A DNA stretch of 64,000 bases, filler included, from Octopus bimaculoides (GCF_001194135.2; 9 parts of 9 records of this genome joined end to end with filler, not necessarily neighbours in it), one strand, 5' to 3'. Numbered from the whole stretch's first letter, positions 40,850-53,834 are shown. The notes: generated by a model not told the origin, from the sequence alone. Translations and numbers: made by a program.

Positions 40850-42052
40850 AATATTTGGTTACATGCATAAAAACCATTCTTTTATTTTGCTTATAATTAT
40901 TTATAATTTAAATGTTAATCGTAAAATGTTAATAGTAATGTTGATAGTAATATTCACATCAGTATCGATATGAATATTAAGGCAACAAGTAATATCAGTA
41001 CCAGCATCAATATTATTACTAGTGATGGAGTTCATCGTATACAAAAGGATGAGAATGCCAAGGAAAATAAAGAAAATGAACAAGAGGTGAATAGCTTTAT
41101 TGCAATAATAGTTACGGTGTTGAAACTTAATAATAATAAAAAGAAGACTAGGACATCAAAAGTGGAGTAATGAGGTGAAAGAGGTTACGTGGGAATGAAA
41201 ATCAAAAAAGAAGAAAATTACGATAATATTTTCCAGCGGGAAGTTTCATGAAAAGTAATAAAATTGGGTAGTTGAAATAATGTATATATTAGATAGGAAG
41301 AACCTAAGGTATAGATTAGGTCTGATGGAAAAAAATTAAGCATAGATTAAAAGATGTAAAGATTTGCTAAGTGTATTAAATATATATGGAGTAGAGTTAG
41401 TTGATAACAAATATTTAATTATAAGACAGCCAGTGAATGCATGAGAAAATAGAGCAATATATTCCCGTATATAAATATTATCAATAATTAAGATTAGGAT
41501 GATTAAATGGAAACTTGAAGATAAGAGCATAGAAAACTAATAAAATTAATTGATAATGACATACAATACTGGTAAGATTGATTTTCGCTAAGGAGACATA
41601 TTCATCGATAAAACCCTACGTACATAAAATTAACAAAGAACTAAATGATGTAAAAACAACACAGTGATAGCGTTGTAGCAAACCCGATACACTTTTCTAC
41701 CTGCTGTGGTACTTGCGTCATGTCACAGTTATGTATATATCCATATAATAATGTGTATGTGTGTGTGTTCGTTTATACGTGTTCCTGTGTGTGCGTTTAT
41801 ACATGTTCGTGTGTGTGCGTTTGTATGTGTACGTTTGTATATGTGCGTCTGTGTATGTATAAAGTATCTGTATCTATGTGTTGTATGTGTGTGTGTGTGT
41901 ATGCTTGCTCGTGTGCAAGAAAAACTGACGACTGTGCAATAACAAAGCTATATGTAGTTATTCCTGTATGCATATTTGTTTTCATTTGATATATTTAACC
42001 TTATATATGAGTGTGTACAGACATATATATATATATCTATATGTATGTATGT

Positions 42053-43133
42053 CATTATTCAGTTTATTTCAAGACTTCTTGCCAATAGAGAAGGTTTCAA
42101 CCCTAAATCCAAGCATTGGAATTTCAAAATCAACATGGTATTTTTTATGTATGTATGTATGTATATATGCATGCATGTATGTATGTGCAGAATTGTATCT
42201 TTTAAGTATGTATTCTCATGCATATAGTTTTATATCTAGATATGTTCATATATATTTAAATGATAAACTTCTGAAAAGTTTTACAGGTTTTTAAGATTCC
42301 AGATTTTTAAGATTTGTAGTCTTCGAATTAGCTCTCTTCTTTCTGGTTTTGAGAAGCCTAATCGGTATTTAGGCAGTGTTACATATCTCATGGCCCCAAT
42401 AGTTACAGGTATAAACCTAGACTTGTAATCTGGATAGAGTAACTGCAGATGTTTCAATAGTTCAGCATAGGTGTTCTCTTTTTCACTGATCTTCAGCTTT
42501 ATGTTAACATCCGCTGGGCAGCTAATTTTCACAACTTTACAGTTTCTCTTCTCTATCCCAAACCATTATATCAGGTCTGTTGTGCTCACAATTTATTGAG
42601 GACTTCACTAGTAACTTCCGCCAGTATTCATTTTTATTATGAGTGGCTTTGGCTTCTACCATATTGTGGGTTCTTATTTATTTGTCCTTCCGACGGATTT
42701 CATTATAGAGTGGTGTCCTAGCAACAACGTCATGTCTGATCCGTAGATAAACCGTGGTAACATTATTGGACAACTGCTTATGATGTGGGTGATATCTTCA
42801 GTGTGAGCTCCACAAAGTCTGTATCGGTTGTCACATTTTACTGCTTTTGCTGCATCTCTATCACTTTTGTGCATCAGGAACTTGGTTCATATTATCTGTT
42901 GCTGGATTGCAAACACATACCCTTCAAAGTGGAAGGTAGTAATCCCGCAATTGGCTCATGATAAACTGCTTTGATGATCGATGTTACTATCATCACGGAG
43001 CTTTCTCTTAAAATATCCATGCATAGTCTTCTGATCATACACGCTCATCATTTCATATGATAATACATTGCGGTAGAGACGTGCGACGTCTTTGGAATGC
43101 ATTCTTGGTTACCAGACAAAAGTGTTGCAAAGT
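42053..43133 (-). mobile_element. 5'-truncated RLE-type non-LTR retrotransposon (R4/Dong-like): zinc knuckle, restriction-like endonuclease and 3' UTR
   Basis: Minus frames give MHGYFKRKL, RYRLCGAHTEDITHIISSCP (a CRLC..E...H....C knuckle with one Cys lost), RHDVVA, HNRPDIMVWD and KISCPADVNIKLKISEKENTY (PD..D/E...K core). The 3' UTR ends AATAAACTGAATAATG followed by (TACA)n. Confidence 0.85.
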
Positions 43134-45289
43134 GTGTATGTATGTATGTACGTATGTATGTATGTCTGTATGTATATATATATATGCATGCGTGAATGTA
43201 TGTATGGACGTATGTATGTATGTATGTATTTATATATGAAGGTGTATATACACACGAGGGCGATTCGCATCAGTATATAAGAATTTCCCGCCATCGTGTC
43301 ATTAAACTTAAAGAAAATTATATATTCCTGTAAAAAACCGAATAACCCTCTTAACAAACTCTAACAAGTGACGACAAAAATAAGCATAACGTATTTGATA
43401 AATTATTTCTTGAAATGTAGGAACGTTTGAAGGAAAAATCGATAATATGTCGGATGCAAAGCATTCGCTGTTGGCCAAGTTGTCTAATAATTACAATAAT
43501 AACTGCATTTGTATTATTTAAATTAAATTTTATTACTTAAACTCTCAGTACAGAAATTTTTCAGGATATTTTATTATAGTAATATAATATTGTTATTTGT
43601 TTGAGAAAACGATTGTCATGAAAACATCGGTGTTTATAAAAATAATACTGAGAAGAAGAAATAAGACAATCATACGACACCTATGATAAATGTAAATCAC
43701 AGAAGACGAAAAAAGAAGCATATAAGTTATTTAAGCTGTACAACGATATAAAGTGATACATTCTGTTTCAAAATTTCAAAATGAATATTATTCTTGATTT
43801 GTATAGTTAAGTTATATTTTGGACTTGGTTTGCTTTTAGGTTAAATGAATAACCAGAATATTTTAAGATGGTTTATTGCAATACATGCCGCACCCCAAAT
43901 ATTTTATGAAGTTTTTGTAAGCCATAATTGAATAGCTCAGTTTTATACATGCGGTGACTCCATTATCTTCGACATTTTGTGATAAATTTATGTAAATATC
44001 TTTGCAATAAATCATTTCTGTAGTAATCGAAAAAGGAGGAACTTTGGCATTTAGAAATACCATAGCCATTATGATTTGGCTGTAGACGGTTCTGCAGTTG
44101 AGAAGTACGCTTCGCAGTAATATTACTCCATGCATTATGCCACTGAATAGCACATCTCAGCATGGAGCTTCTAGCAAAGACTTGGAATTGTCCAATGCAT
44201 CGTAGACAGAAACTGAGTTGACGCCAGTGTTTATATAAATATGTGCTTGCATGTATAATCGGGTATATGTGCATGTGTATGTATGTATATTTATTTTTTC
44301 TATAATTGTATATCAGAATAAAATTGGCCCAAAGTTGAGTCATTTGTAAATGACTCTGTTCTTCGAACGAAGTGTTCAACGTTTACGAATGTTGCTTCAT
44401 CACTTCCACCTTCAGTGATGTGGTCCAGACAAACAATTTGGCTTACTGGATATTGCAAACAAAGAATCTATTATCTCTACGCAGTAATATAACACACATA
44501 AAGTTATCTAACTGTTAACAGAGAACAGAGCATCTAATTTGATCTTAACCAATACCATAATTAATAATTTCTTATATTTTGGACTATGACATGATATTTC
44601 TAGAGAAAATTAAAATTTCATTATATTGTAGCAATTTCAGTAATGATATTCTGGCAGTGATGCAGTATCCAGTTTGGAGCAATTTTGTACTAAGGCTACC
44701 TTAACATAGTCAATGTGATGTATATAAGATTTCCTCGTTAGCTCATGTCAAAACATTTCTATGAGGATGGTGAGCATACCAACTCTGGTTCCACAATCTC
44801 CAAAGATATTTCATCTCATAGACTTCTCTGTGTATCGCCATTGAGTTGGCTATAGCACTATGTGCGCCTTCTTATGTTTGTCTGCGACGTTAATACAGAG
44901 GGTACAGTAATACTATACATCCACCTAATGGACCGGACCGTTTATTCTACATATATATGCGATTTTACCTCGCAACTTTATTGTACATTTAGAATTTTAA
45001 TTTTAGAAATTCCTAGTTTACAATAAATAAATTTAAAAAAGCGGGATGGAGTTTGTTGCAACTATGGCTGTCGTAGAGGCTTACAATCCTGCAGATGAAA
45101 CATAATCTGATACTGCCGTGTTTTCAATGTTCGAATGTACGTGAACAAAATGAAGATAAAAAATATTCTTGTCGTAACAATATCATCATTTGCGTATTAA
45201 CAACTTCATTCTGCAACATCGCTTTCTTTTAAGACATTACACCGTTATTTGCAGTTACGTAGGTATTTATTCTTTCCGCCCTCTAACGC

Positions 45290-45556
45290 TTGACAAGTGA
45301 GGGTGGAGAAAACACAAGCACATATACCGACACACATACACACACAAGCACGCATGCACAAATACCACCACCACCCAACACATAATATACGACAATATTC
45401 CACACTATTTAAGTCTATCAAATTCGCTCACAAAGCATTGGTCCGCAATAAAATGAAGTAGACGACACTTGGCCAAGGTGCCGAGTAGTGGAACTGATAC
45501 GGAAACCACGCGGTTTTTAAAGTGAAATTCTTTATCACACCGTCATACCTACGCCT
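45290..45556 (-). mobile_element. SINE family B, heavily decayed
   Basis: CTCACAAAGCATTGGTC...ACACTTGGCCAAGGTGCCGAGTAGTGGAACTG matches the reversed family B head and core. Confidence 0.6.
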
Positions 45557-46129
45557 GTATAGGACATAATTTCGAATGTATAACGTACAGAGGCCAATTA
45601 GATTCCTAGTGTGTATGTATGCCTAAGAATGTTACCGTCGAATGCTATTTGATTGTCTCTTAACTGCAAGTATGAAAACACAGTATGCATATACTCACTC
45701 ACACATATACACCAAGACAAATGTGTGTGCTTGTGTGTGCGTATGAGTGTGTGTGTGTGTGCGTGCGTGCATGTGTGTGTGTGTGTGTGTATGTGTGTGT
45801 GTGTGTGTTTGTGTGTGTGTGCGTGTGTGTGAGTGTGTGTGTGTGTGTGTGAGTGAGTGTGTGTGTGAAAGTCGCGTGTATTTGAGGACGCCTAAGTATC
45901 AGTATATTACGTTCCTGAAAGTGGTTGATAAATCTTAATTTCTATCAGATTCCCCCATCAGATGCATTACGAATACAGGAAAACAAACGCATGTAGTCAT
46001 TTTTGCTATACATTTGGGACCCGGCAATTTAGAAATTAGCAACTTTCTAATTGTTGCAAAAGATAAAGGTAGAGCTTTGGAGTGAAGTGGTAGCAATAAT
46101 ATTTCAACTGTATCAAAGAGAAAAAAATA

Positions 46130-47116
46130 ACATTCTTAACGAACGGATACTGAAAACCAACGTCATTGATCGAACGATTATAAATGATGATTCACAAGAT
46201 TATAAATGATGATCCACAAAAAACAAATGATGACAATCACTGAAGAAATCCAGGTGTTGGAGTGTACTATTAGAAGTTTGGTGCACACGGACAATTGATA
46301 CAAAACGTTTGCACCTGGCGAGTAGCCTCTACATATCTGTGAAACAATGCATAACCATTGAATCCGTGCCAGATGTTTACTAAACAGGATTCAAAGCTCC
46401 TAGGAACATGGCATACCTCGTTTGCTCTACAATGAAAGAAGTTGCATCCAAGTCTTATTGTCTAACAGGAAAAGTAATGGTTGTTTGCAGAGCAGTCTGA
46501 AACTCCCTGACTGATACACACTAACTTTCCAACAACAGGATTGAGATACGACAGTTATGTCATTCCACTATTCATCTTTGCAAAAGGTCTTATGCTGAAT
46601 GTTATTACATATGTCGGGGTGATGAAGAAAGTAGTTAAGTTCTGGATAGATGAAGTACTCAGTAGAAGGTCATGCCTGTTCTAAAATACTCACGCCGTGT
46701 CAAAAACCGTTGTAAACCAATGATGGATGAAAAGACAGTATTTTCGATCAAGTAACACAAAATTCAATACTTCCAAACTCGCTAGTTACAGATTCCATTG
46801 ACTACTCTATCTGGAGCGTTTTATCGAAGAAAAGACAAGTTGATATCGTCAAAATAACATAGCCTCACTGAAGGCCAACATTCCTCTGGTGATGCGCGAA
46901 ATGAATAAGAAGCGCTTAATGCAGACATACCAAATGTTCTAATCCCACATTGAAGCAGTCACAGAAGCTAAAATAGGAATGCTAGGGTAAACTTATAAGA
47001 AAGCATATCGGGAAAATGCACAGAAATCTTGAGTAAAATACATGTTTTGCAAGATTAGAAGATTAGAATTGCTTTATTAAATAAAAAGCATGTCGTCAAA
47101 TACCATCCCTACATTG
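46130..47116 (+). mobile_element. Decayed Tc1/mariner (DD37D/maT-like) transposon
   Basis: Frames give TIRSLVHTDN*YK, VIPLFIFAKGLMLN..Y..VMKKVVKFWIDEV, IDYSIWSVL (NPLDY-like) and IEAVTEA. The right end resembles the TIR of the 8496 element and is followed by (TA)n. Confidence 0.72.
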
Positions 47117-47117
47117 T

Positions 47118-47164
<47 letters not shown>

Positions 47165-47264
47165 NNNNNNNNNNNNNNNNNNNNNNNNNNNNNNNNNNNN
47201 NNNNNNNNTTAATTAATTAANNNNNNNNNNNNNNNNNNNNNNNNNNNNNNNNNNNNNNNNNNNN

Positions 47265-47295
<31 letters not shown>

Positions 47296-47391
47296 GTTAA
47301 AAAGGGTATAGCAAATGCACAGACGAACGGAAAGCAGACACAAAAGGTTCCCAACTCCTCATCAGTTATCGGTCAGAGGGTTAAGATAGAC

Positions 47392-47442
<51 letters not shown>

Positions 47443-48449
47443 CAAATAGAGAGATATGTGTGTGCGTCTGCATGCGCGCGCGCGTGTATTGTTTACTTCA
47501 TAAGAATGTAGAAGCTTCGAATTTTCTAAATTCTTATGACGTAAGCAACACCTATACTTTAGGAAATGACTCACTACATCATCTGCCCCTAGGTTTCCTC
47601 CATACAGGAAAAAGCGGGATGGACGGCCACTTTCAAAATGCTTTAGATCATAGGACAACTGCACATTTGTAGTTGACCTTGGGTTAAATAAACAATAACA
47701 TCAATAACAACAAACTAAAGGAATGTAAATAGTCGGAACTAAAAAATGAAAGTACTTAGTCCACCGTTCTGCCAATGGCTTGCAAATTTCTGTTGTTCAA
47801 ACCTTACTCTTTTACATAAATATAAATTCAATACAGATTTTGAAATGGAATTGATTAGGTTAAAAGCACGTAACAACTTTCCGAATGATTTCTAGCCTTG
47901 GATGATCAATGTTAGAAACGCTACACACACACACNNNNNNNNNNNNNNNNNNNNNNNNNNNNNNNNNNNNNNNNNNNNNNNNNNNNNNNNNNNNNNNNNN
48001 NNNNNNNNNNNNNNNNNNNNNNNNNNNNNNNNNNNNNNNNNNNNNNNNNNNNNNNNNNNNNNNNNNNNNNNNNNNNNNNNNNNNNNNNNNNNNNNNNNNN
48101 NNNNNNNNNNNNNNNNNNNNNNNNNNNNNNNNNNNNNNNNNNNNNNNNNNNNNNNNNNNNNNNNNNNNNNNNNNNNNNNNNNNNNNNNNNNNNNNNNNNN
48201 NNNNNNNNNNNNNNNNNNNNNNNNNNNNNNNNNNNNNNNNNNNNNNNNNNNNNNNNNNNNNNNNNNNNNNNNNNNNNNNNNNNNNNNNNNNNNNNNNNNN
48301 NNNNNNNNNNNNNNNNNNNNNNNNNNNNNNNNNNNNNNNNNNNNNNNNNNNNNNNNNNNNNNNNNNNNNNNNNNNNNNNNNNNNNNNNNNNNNNNNNNNN
48401 NNNNNNNNNNNNNNNNNNNNNNNNNNNNNNNNNNNNNNNNNNNNNNNNN

Positions 48450-48745
48450 TTTTGAGCGAAAACACCTAAAGCTCCACGAGGCTCCGACAGGGGATGGTGG
48501 TGAACCCTGCTGTACTCTTCCACCACAACTTCCACTCACTCTTACTTCCTGTTTCTGTTGTGCCTGTAATTCAAAGGGTCAGCCTTGTCACACTGTGTCA
48601 CACTGAATATCCCCGAGAACTACGTTAAGGGTACACGTGTCTGTGGAGTGCTCAGCCACTTGCACGTTAATTTCACGAGCAGGCTGTTCCGTTGATCGGA
48701 TCAACTGGAACTCTCGGCGTCGTAAGCGACGGAGTGCCAACAACA
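48450..48745 (+). mobile_element. SINE family C body and 3' end (5' end lost in the gap)
   Basis: TAAGGGTACACGTGTCTGTGGAGTGCTCAGCCACTTGCACGTTAATTTCACGAGCAGGCTGTTCCG is shared with the 7281 and 19290 copies; ends in a CAACAA tail. Confidence 0.78.
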
Positions 48746-49153
48746 ACACAACATATGTTTCATAGCGAGTGGAACCTTGGAAGTGGTGAATATCCAAGCG
48801 AGGTGTATACAGCAAGCTACCCTTCAGGCGAAGGGTATCTTGATTTTAATCAAGAATCGTGATGTGGATGCAACCCGGCCCTGTTATTGTGTAAGAAGGG
48901 CCGAAACACTTGCCTGGCGGCTGGAGGGTGGGGGATGAGGATGAGGGGTTCGTCTCTTGAAATCTTCTGCTCTTCAGCTCTCTTGAGACTTTCTTACCAC
49001 TCATGTTGTGTTGCTCTTATGGCAAACAAAGGGTGACTATTATCCCTCTAAGATCAATATATTGTAACAGTTTGTTTTAATAAAGTCTGTTTAATCGACT
49101 GTCGGGCCGCATCGAGCCTCTGATCTAGTGCCTGCGTAAGGATTCGTATATTT

Positions 49154-49187
<34 letters not shown>

Positions 49188-50272
49188 AAGCATCAATAAC
49201 GCCAGCAGCAGCAGTAGCAGTAGTAGTAGTGATGGGATTTACTTTTATTCTTAAACCACCCCCTCTTTATCCATGTGTTAGTTCGCATCTCGGAATCAGT
49301 GGCGTTAGGAGGATTAGAGTGGAATGGGAAAACAGGTAGGTGGAACAACTACTAACGAGACCATCACCACCACCACCACCACCACCACCACCACCACCAC
49401 AACCACCACCACCACCTAGATTCGAACCCCCTACATCACCAATACNNNNNNNNNNNNNNNNNNNNNNNNNNNNNNNNNNNNNNNNNNNNNNNNNNNNNNN
49501 NNNNNNNNNNNNNNNNNNNNNNNNNNNNNNNNNNNNNNNNNNNNNNNNNNNNNNNNNNNNNNNNNNNNNNNNNNNNNNNNNNNNNNNNNNNNNNNNNNNN
49601 NNNNNNNNNNNNNNNNNNNNNNNNNNNNNNNNNNNNNNNNNNNNNNNNNNNNNNNNNNNNNNNNNNNNNNNNNNNNNNNNNNNNNNNNNNNNNNNNNNNN
49701 NNNNNNNNNNNNNNNNNNNNNNNNNNNNNNNNNNNNNNNNNNNNNNNNNNNNNNNNNNNNNNNNNNNNNNNNNNNNNNNNNNNNNNNNNNNNNNNNNNNN
49801 NNNNNNNNNNNNNNNNNNNNNNNNNNNNNNNNNNNNNNNNNNNNNNNNNNNNNNNNNNNNNNNNNNNNNNNNNNNNNNNNNNNNNNNNNNNNNNNNNNNN
49901 NNNNNNNNNNNNNNNNNNNNNNNNNNNNNNNNNNNNNNNNNNNNNNNNNNNNNNNNNNNNNNNNNNNNNNNNNNNNNNNNNNNNNNNNNNNNNNNNNNNN
50001 NNNNNNNNNNNNNNNNNNNNNNNNNNNNNNNNNNNNNNNNNNNNNNNNNNNNNNNNNNNNNNNNNNNNNNNNNNNNNNNNNNNNNNNNNNNNNNNNNNNN
50101 NNNNNNNNNNNNNNNNNNNNNNNNNNNNNNNNNNNNNNNNNNNNNNNNNNNNNNNNNNNNNNNNNNNNNNNNNNNNNNNNNNNNNNNNNNNNNNNNNNNN
50201 NNNNNNNNNNNNNNNNNNNNNNNNNNNNNNNNNNNNNNNNNNNNNNNNNNNNNNNNNNNNGTGTTCTGTCAG

Positions 50273-50334
50273 CGCGGTTATGTGTCAGTTCAACTGGATG
50301 AACGATCGAGTTACAGTGGAGGAATCCCAGCTAT
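50273..50334 (+). CDS. Candidate 62-nt exon (RGYVSVQLDERSSYSGGIPA or AVMCQFNWMNDRVTVEESQL), product unknown
   Basis: Acceptor TTCTGTCAG (the true start may lie in the gap), strong donor AT|GTAAGT at 50335, two open frames, non-repetitive and balanced GC. Confidence 0.28.
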
Positions 50335-50384
50335 GTAAGTGTGTTGTTGATAGATAAGGCAACAAAAACAACAATAACAATAAA

Positions 50385-50472
<88 letters not shown>

Positions 50473-50473
50473 A
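50385..50473. repeat. Compound microsatellite (TAC)n-(TGC)n
   Basis: Direct. Confidence 0.95.
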
Positions 50474-50942
50474 CGAAACCAAATAAGCGAAAACCAAAAC
50501 ACAGCTTGATGGCCGAGCAAACTTCAAGTGGGCTTGTAATAGACAGTAAGGGTGTAAGGAGTAGTAGCAAGGAAAGGAGGAGGAGGAGGAAGAGGATAAG
50601 GGTGGGAACGAGGTAGAAAGAGGGGAGAGAGAGAGAGGGGGAAATGAGAGCGGGGGGGGGGGAAAGATAACGATGAATGAGGTGAGAGAAAAACAGTAGC
50701 ACAAGGCATGACAATAAGGGAGAGAGAAAGAGAGAAAAGAGAGAGAGGGAGAGCCAACAAGAGTCTTTAAAAACAACAGCTAAGTTTCCCTCAAATCACT
50801 CACACGCACACATGCGCGTACAAATACACACATGCACATTCACACATATACACATATACACATATACACATATACAAACATACAAACATATACACATATA
50901 CAAACATACGCTCCATCATCGTGAAAAAGGACACACTGGAGA

Positions 50943-51078
50943 CTCTCTTTTACTCTTTTACTTGTTTCAACCATTTGACTGCGGCCATACTGGAGCACCG
51001 CCTTTAGTCGACCAAATCGACCCCAGGACTTATTCTTTGTGAGCCTAGTACTTATTCTATCGTCTCTTTTGCCGAATG
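50943..51078 (-). mobile_element. SINE family B, 3' fragment
   Basis: CTCTTTTACTCTTTTACTTGTTTC...CATTTGACTGCGGCCATACTGGAGCACCGCC. Confidence 0.85.
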
Positions 51079-51197
51079 TAGTAAGAACACCACATAAGAT
51101 GTGCAATGAAAATGTACTCCTCAGCTGTATAATGGAAGTTCATTTTAGAAAGTCATTTTGTAGATGTGTGCAAATACAAGAGTAGGAGATGAAGAAA

Positions 51198-51261
51198 ATA
51201 CCATCTTGACTGGGCTGTTAATTAATACCATCTTAACTGGGCTGTTAATTAATACCATCTT
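51198..51261. repeat. 27-bp tandem repeat ATACCATCTT(G/A)ACTGGGCTGTTAATTA, at least 2.4 copies, running into a gap
   Basis: Direct. Confidence 0.9.
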
Positions 51262-51361
51262 NNNNNNNNNNNNNNNNNNNNNNNNNNNNNNNNNNNNNNN
51301 NNNNNTTAATTAATTAANNNNNNNNNNNNNNNNNNNNNNNNNNNNNNNNNNNNNNNNNNNN

Positions 51362-51815
51362 GTGGTACTGGCAACGGCCACACTCAAAATGGTGTATTTT
51401 ATGTGCTACCTGCACAAGAGCCAGTCCAGGGGCACTGGCAACAACCTCGCTCAAAAATCCTTACACATGCCATGGGCACAAGTGCCAGAAAGGCGATGCT
51501 GGGCACAGGTGCCATCACAATTTCGCTTTCGCTTGCCCCAATAAGTCTTCGCAAGCTGAGTTTCGTGTCCAATGGAGACGACGTTGGCATGGGTGCCAGT
51601 CGTCGAATTTAACTCGATTTCGATTCACTTGCCTCAACAGGTCTTCGCAAGTGGAGTTTAGTGTCCAATTTAACTCGATTTCGATTTCAATTGCCTGAAC
51701 AGGACTTCGCAAGTGGAGTTTAGTGTCCAATGAAGGAAGATACACCTAAGTGGACTGGCTGAGGCCTTAGATTTAGGTCTCACTTGGCTTGCTGGGTCTT
51801 CTCACGCACAGCATT
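51362..51815 (-). mobile_element. Second copy of the RTE LINE 3' end (last codons, stop and 3' UTR)
   Basis: Aligns to ~51914-52297 and encodes AVREKTQQAK* versus AVREKTRQVK* in the long copy. Confidence 0.9.
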
Positions 51816-53834
51816 TGGTAGAGTTTCTACAGCTGGATGCCCTTCCTAAATACCAACCACTCAGAGAGTGTAGTAGGTGCTTTTACGTGCCATCGGCACG
51901 AAGGCCAGTCAAGCGGTACTGGCAACGGCCACACTCAAAATGTTGTATTTTATGTGCCACCTGCAGTAGGGGCACTGGCAACGATCTTGCTCGAAAGTCC
52001 TTACACATGCCATGGGCACAAGTGCCAGGAAGGCGATGCTGGGCACAGGTGCCATCACGATTTCGATTTCGCGTGCCCCAATAAGTCTTCACAAGCTGAG
52101 TTTCGTGTCCCATTGAAGGAGACGACGTTGGCATGGGTGCCAGTCGTCGAATTTAACTCGATTTTGATTTCACTTGCCTCAACAGGTCTTCACAAGTGGA
52201 GTTTGGTGTCCAATGAAGGAAGGTACACATAAGTGGACTGGCTGAGGTCTTAAATTTAGGTCTCACTTGACTTGCCGGGTCTTCTCACGTACAGCATATT
52301 TCCAAAGGTCTTGGTCAGAAGTCATCGCCTCGGTGAGGTCCAATGTTCGAAGGTCATGCCTCACCACCTCATCCCAGGTCTTCCTGGGCCTACGTCTTTC
52401 ACAGGTTCCCTCAACTGCTAGGGTGTGGCACTTTTTCACCCAGCTATCCTCATCCATTCTCGCTACATGACCATACCAGCGCAGTCGTCTCTCTTGCACA
52501 CCACAACTGATGCTTCGTAAGTTCAACTTTTCTCTCAAGGTACTAATACTCTGTCTAGTATGCACACTGATATTACACATCCATCGGAGCATACTGGCTT
52601 CATTCCTTGAAAGCCTACGCATGTCCTCAGCAGTCACAGCCCATGTTTCACTGGCATAAAGCATGGCTGTTCGTACACATGCGTCATACATTCTGCCTTT
52701 TACTCTGAGTGAGAGGCCCCTTGTCACCAGCAGAGGTAAGAGCTCTCTGAACATTGCCCAGGCTATTCTTATTCTAGCATCTACACTTTCAGCGCACCCT
52801 CCCCCGCTACTAACTTGGTCACCTAGATAGCGGAAGCTATCAACTACATCTAGTTTTTCTCCCTGGAATGTGGCAGAAGTTGTTTTCTGTACATTTACAG
52901 TGTTTATAGCTCCTGACCATCTGCTACATACAAAAACTAACTTCCTAGTTAACCTTCCTTTGATATTGCTGCACCTGTGTCCATAGCTTGCACTGGGTGC
53001 ATCTTATAGAGTTTCTGCCTACGCCTTTGCTACAGATCGAGCAGGGCCATCTACCTGAAGGGGTTTGTGTGTTGTCTACCTTCCTACTTATTAAGACTTT
53101 GGTTTTAGCTAGGTTGACTCTAAGGCCCTTTGATTCTAGTCCTTGTTTCCACACCTGAAACTTCTCCTCTAGTTCTGATAGTGACTCAGCAATTAGTGCA
53201 AGGTCATCAGCATAGAGGAGCTCCCAGGGGCATCCTGTCCTGAATTCCTCTGTTATCTCCAGGAAGACTATGATAAATAGGAGGGGGCTGAGGACTGAAC
53301 CTTGGTGGACCCCTACCTCTACCTGAAATTCTTCACTGTACTCATTGCCAACTCTCACCTTATTGATAGCGTCTCTGTACATGGCTCGCGCAGCTCTCAC
53401 TAACAATCCTTCTATCCCTAGTTTCCTCATTGACCACCAGATAAGGGATCGGGGGACCCTGTCAAAGGCTTTCTCCATGTCAACGAAAGCCAGGTACAGA
53501 GGTTTATCTTTGGCTAGGTATTTCTCCTGCAGCTGCCTTACCAGAAATATAGCATCAGTGGTGCTTTTCCCTGGCACAAACCCAAACTGCATCTCATCTA
53601 AACTGACTCTCTCCCTAATTAGTTGGGCTATGACCTTCTCTGTGACTTTCATTACCTGATCTAACAACTTGATACCTCTGTAATTATATCTAAAGTATCA
53701 CCTTTACCTTTGTAGCAGTTGATTATGGTGCTGCTACACCAGTCATTGGGTATGACTCCTTCATGTATCACCTGGTTAACAATACAGGTGACTAGGCTAT
53801 AGCCGACACTGCCAGATATTTTGAGCATCTCTGC
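51816..53834 (-). mobile_element. RTE-clade LINE, 5'-truncated; RT plus C-terminal domain and 3' UTR, frameshifted
   Basis: ORFs 53661-53897, 52945-53667 and 52263-52754 contain AEMLKISG, QFGFVPGKSTTDAIF, FVDMEKAFDRVPR, GVHQGSVLSPLLF, LLYADDLAL, CSICSKGVGRNSIRCTQC, MLYASETWA and RRLRWYGHVARM. Confidence 0.96.

Noticed and set aside
43254-43352. CGAGGGCGATTC...GAATAACCCTCT, a possible ~100-bp mariner MITE
   Set aside because: The inverted match is only ~12 bp with several mismatches, and TA TSDs are not intact.
43863-44379. Two overlapping minus-strand ORFs (96 and 138 aa)
   Set aside because: No recognisable domain or codon signal, and one runs through a microsatellite.
47560-47800. DLKHFESGRPS and KPLAERWTKY peptides resembling mariner N- and C-terminal motifs
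   Set aside because: The fragments are too short and in the wrong relative order for a single element.
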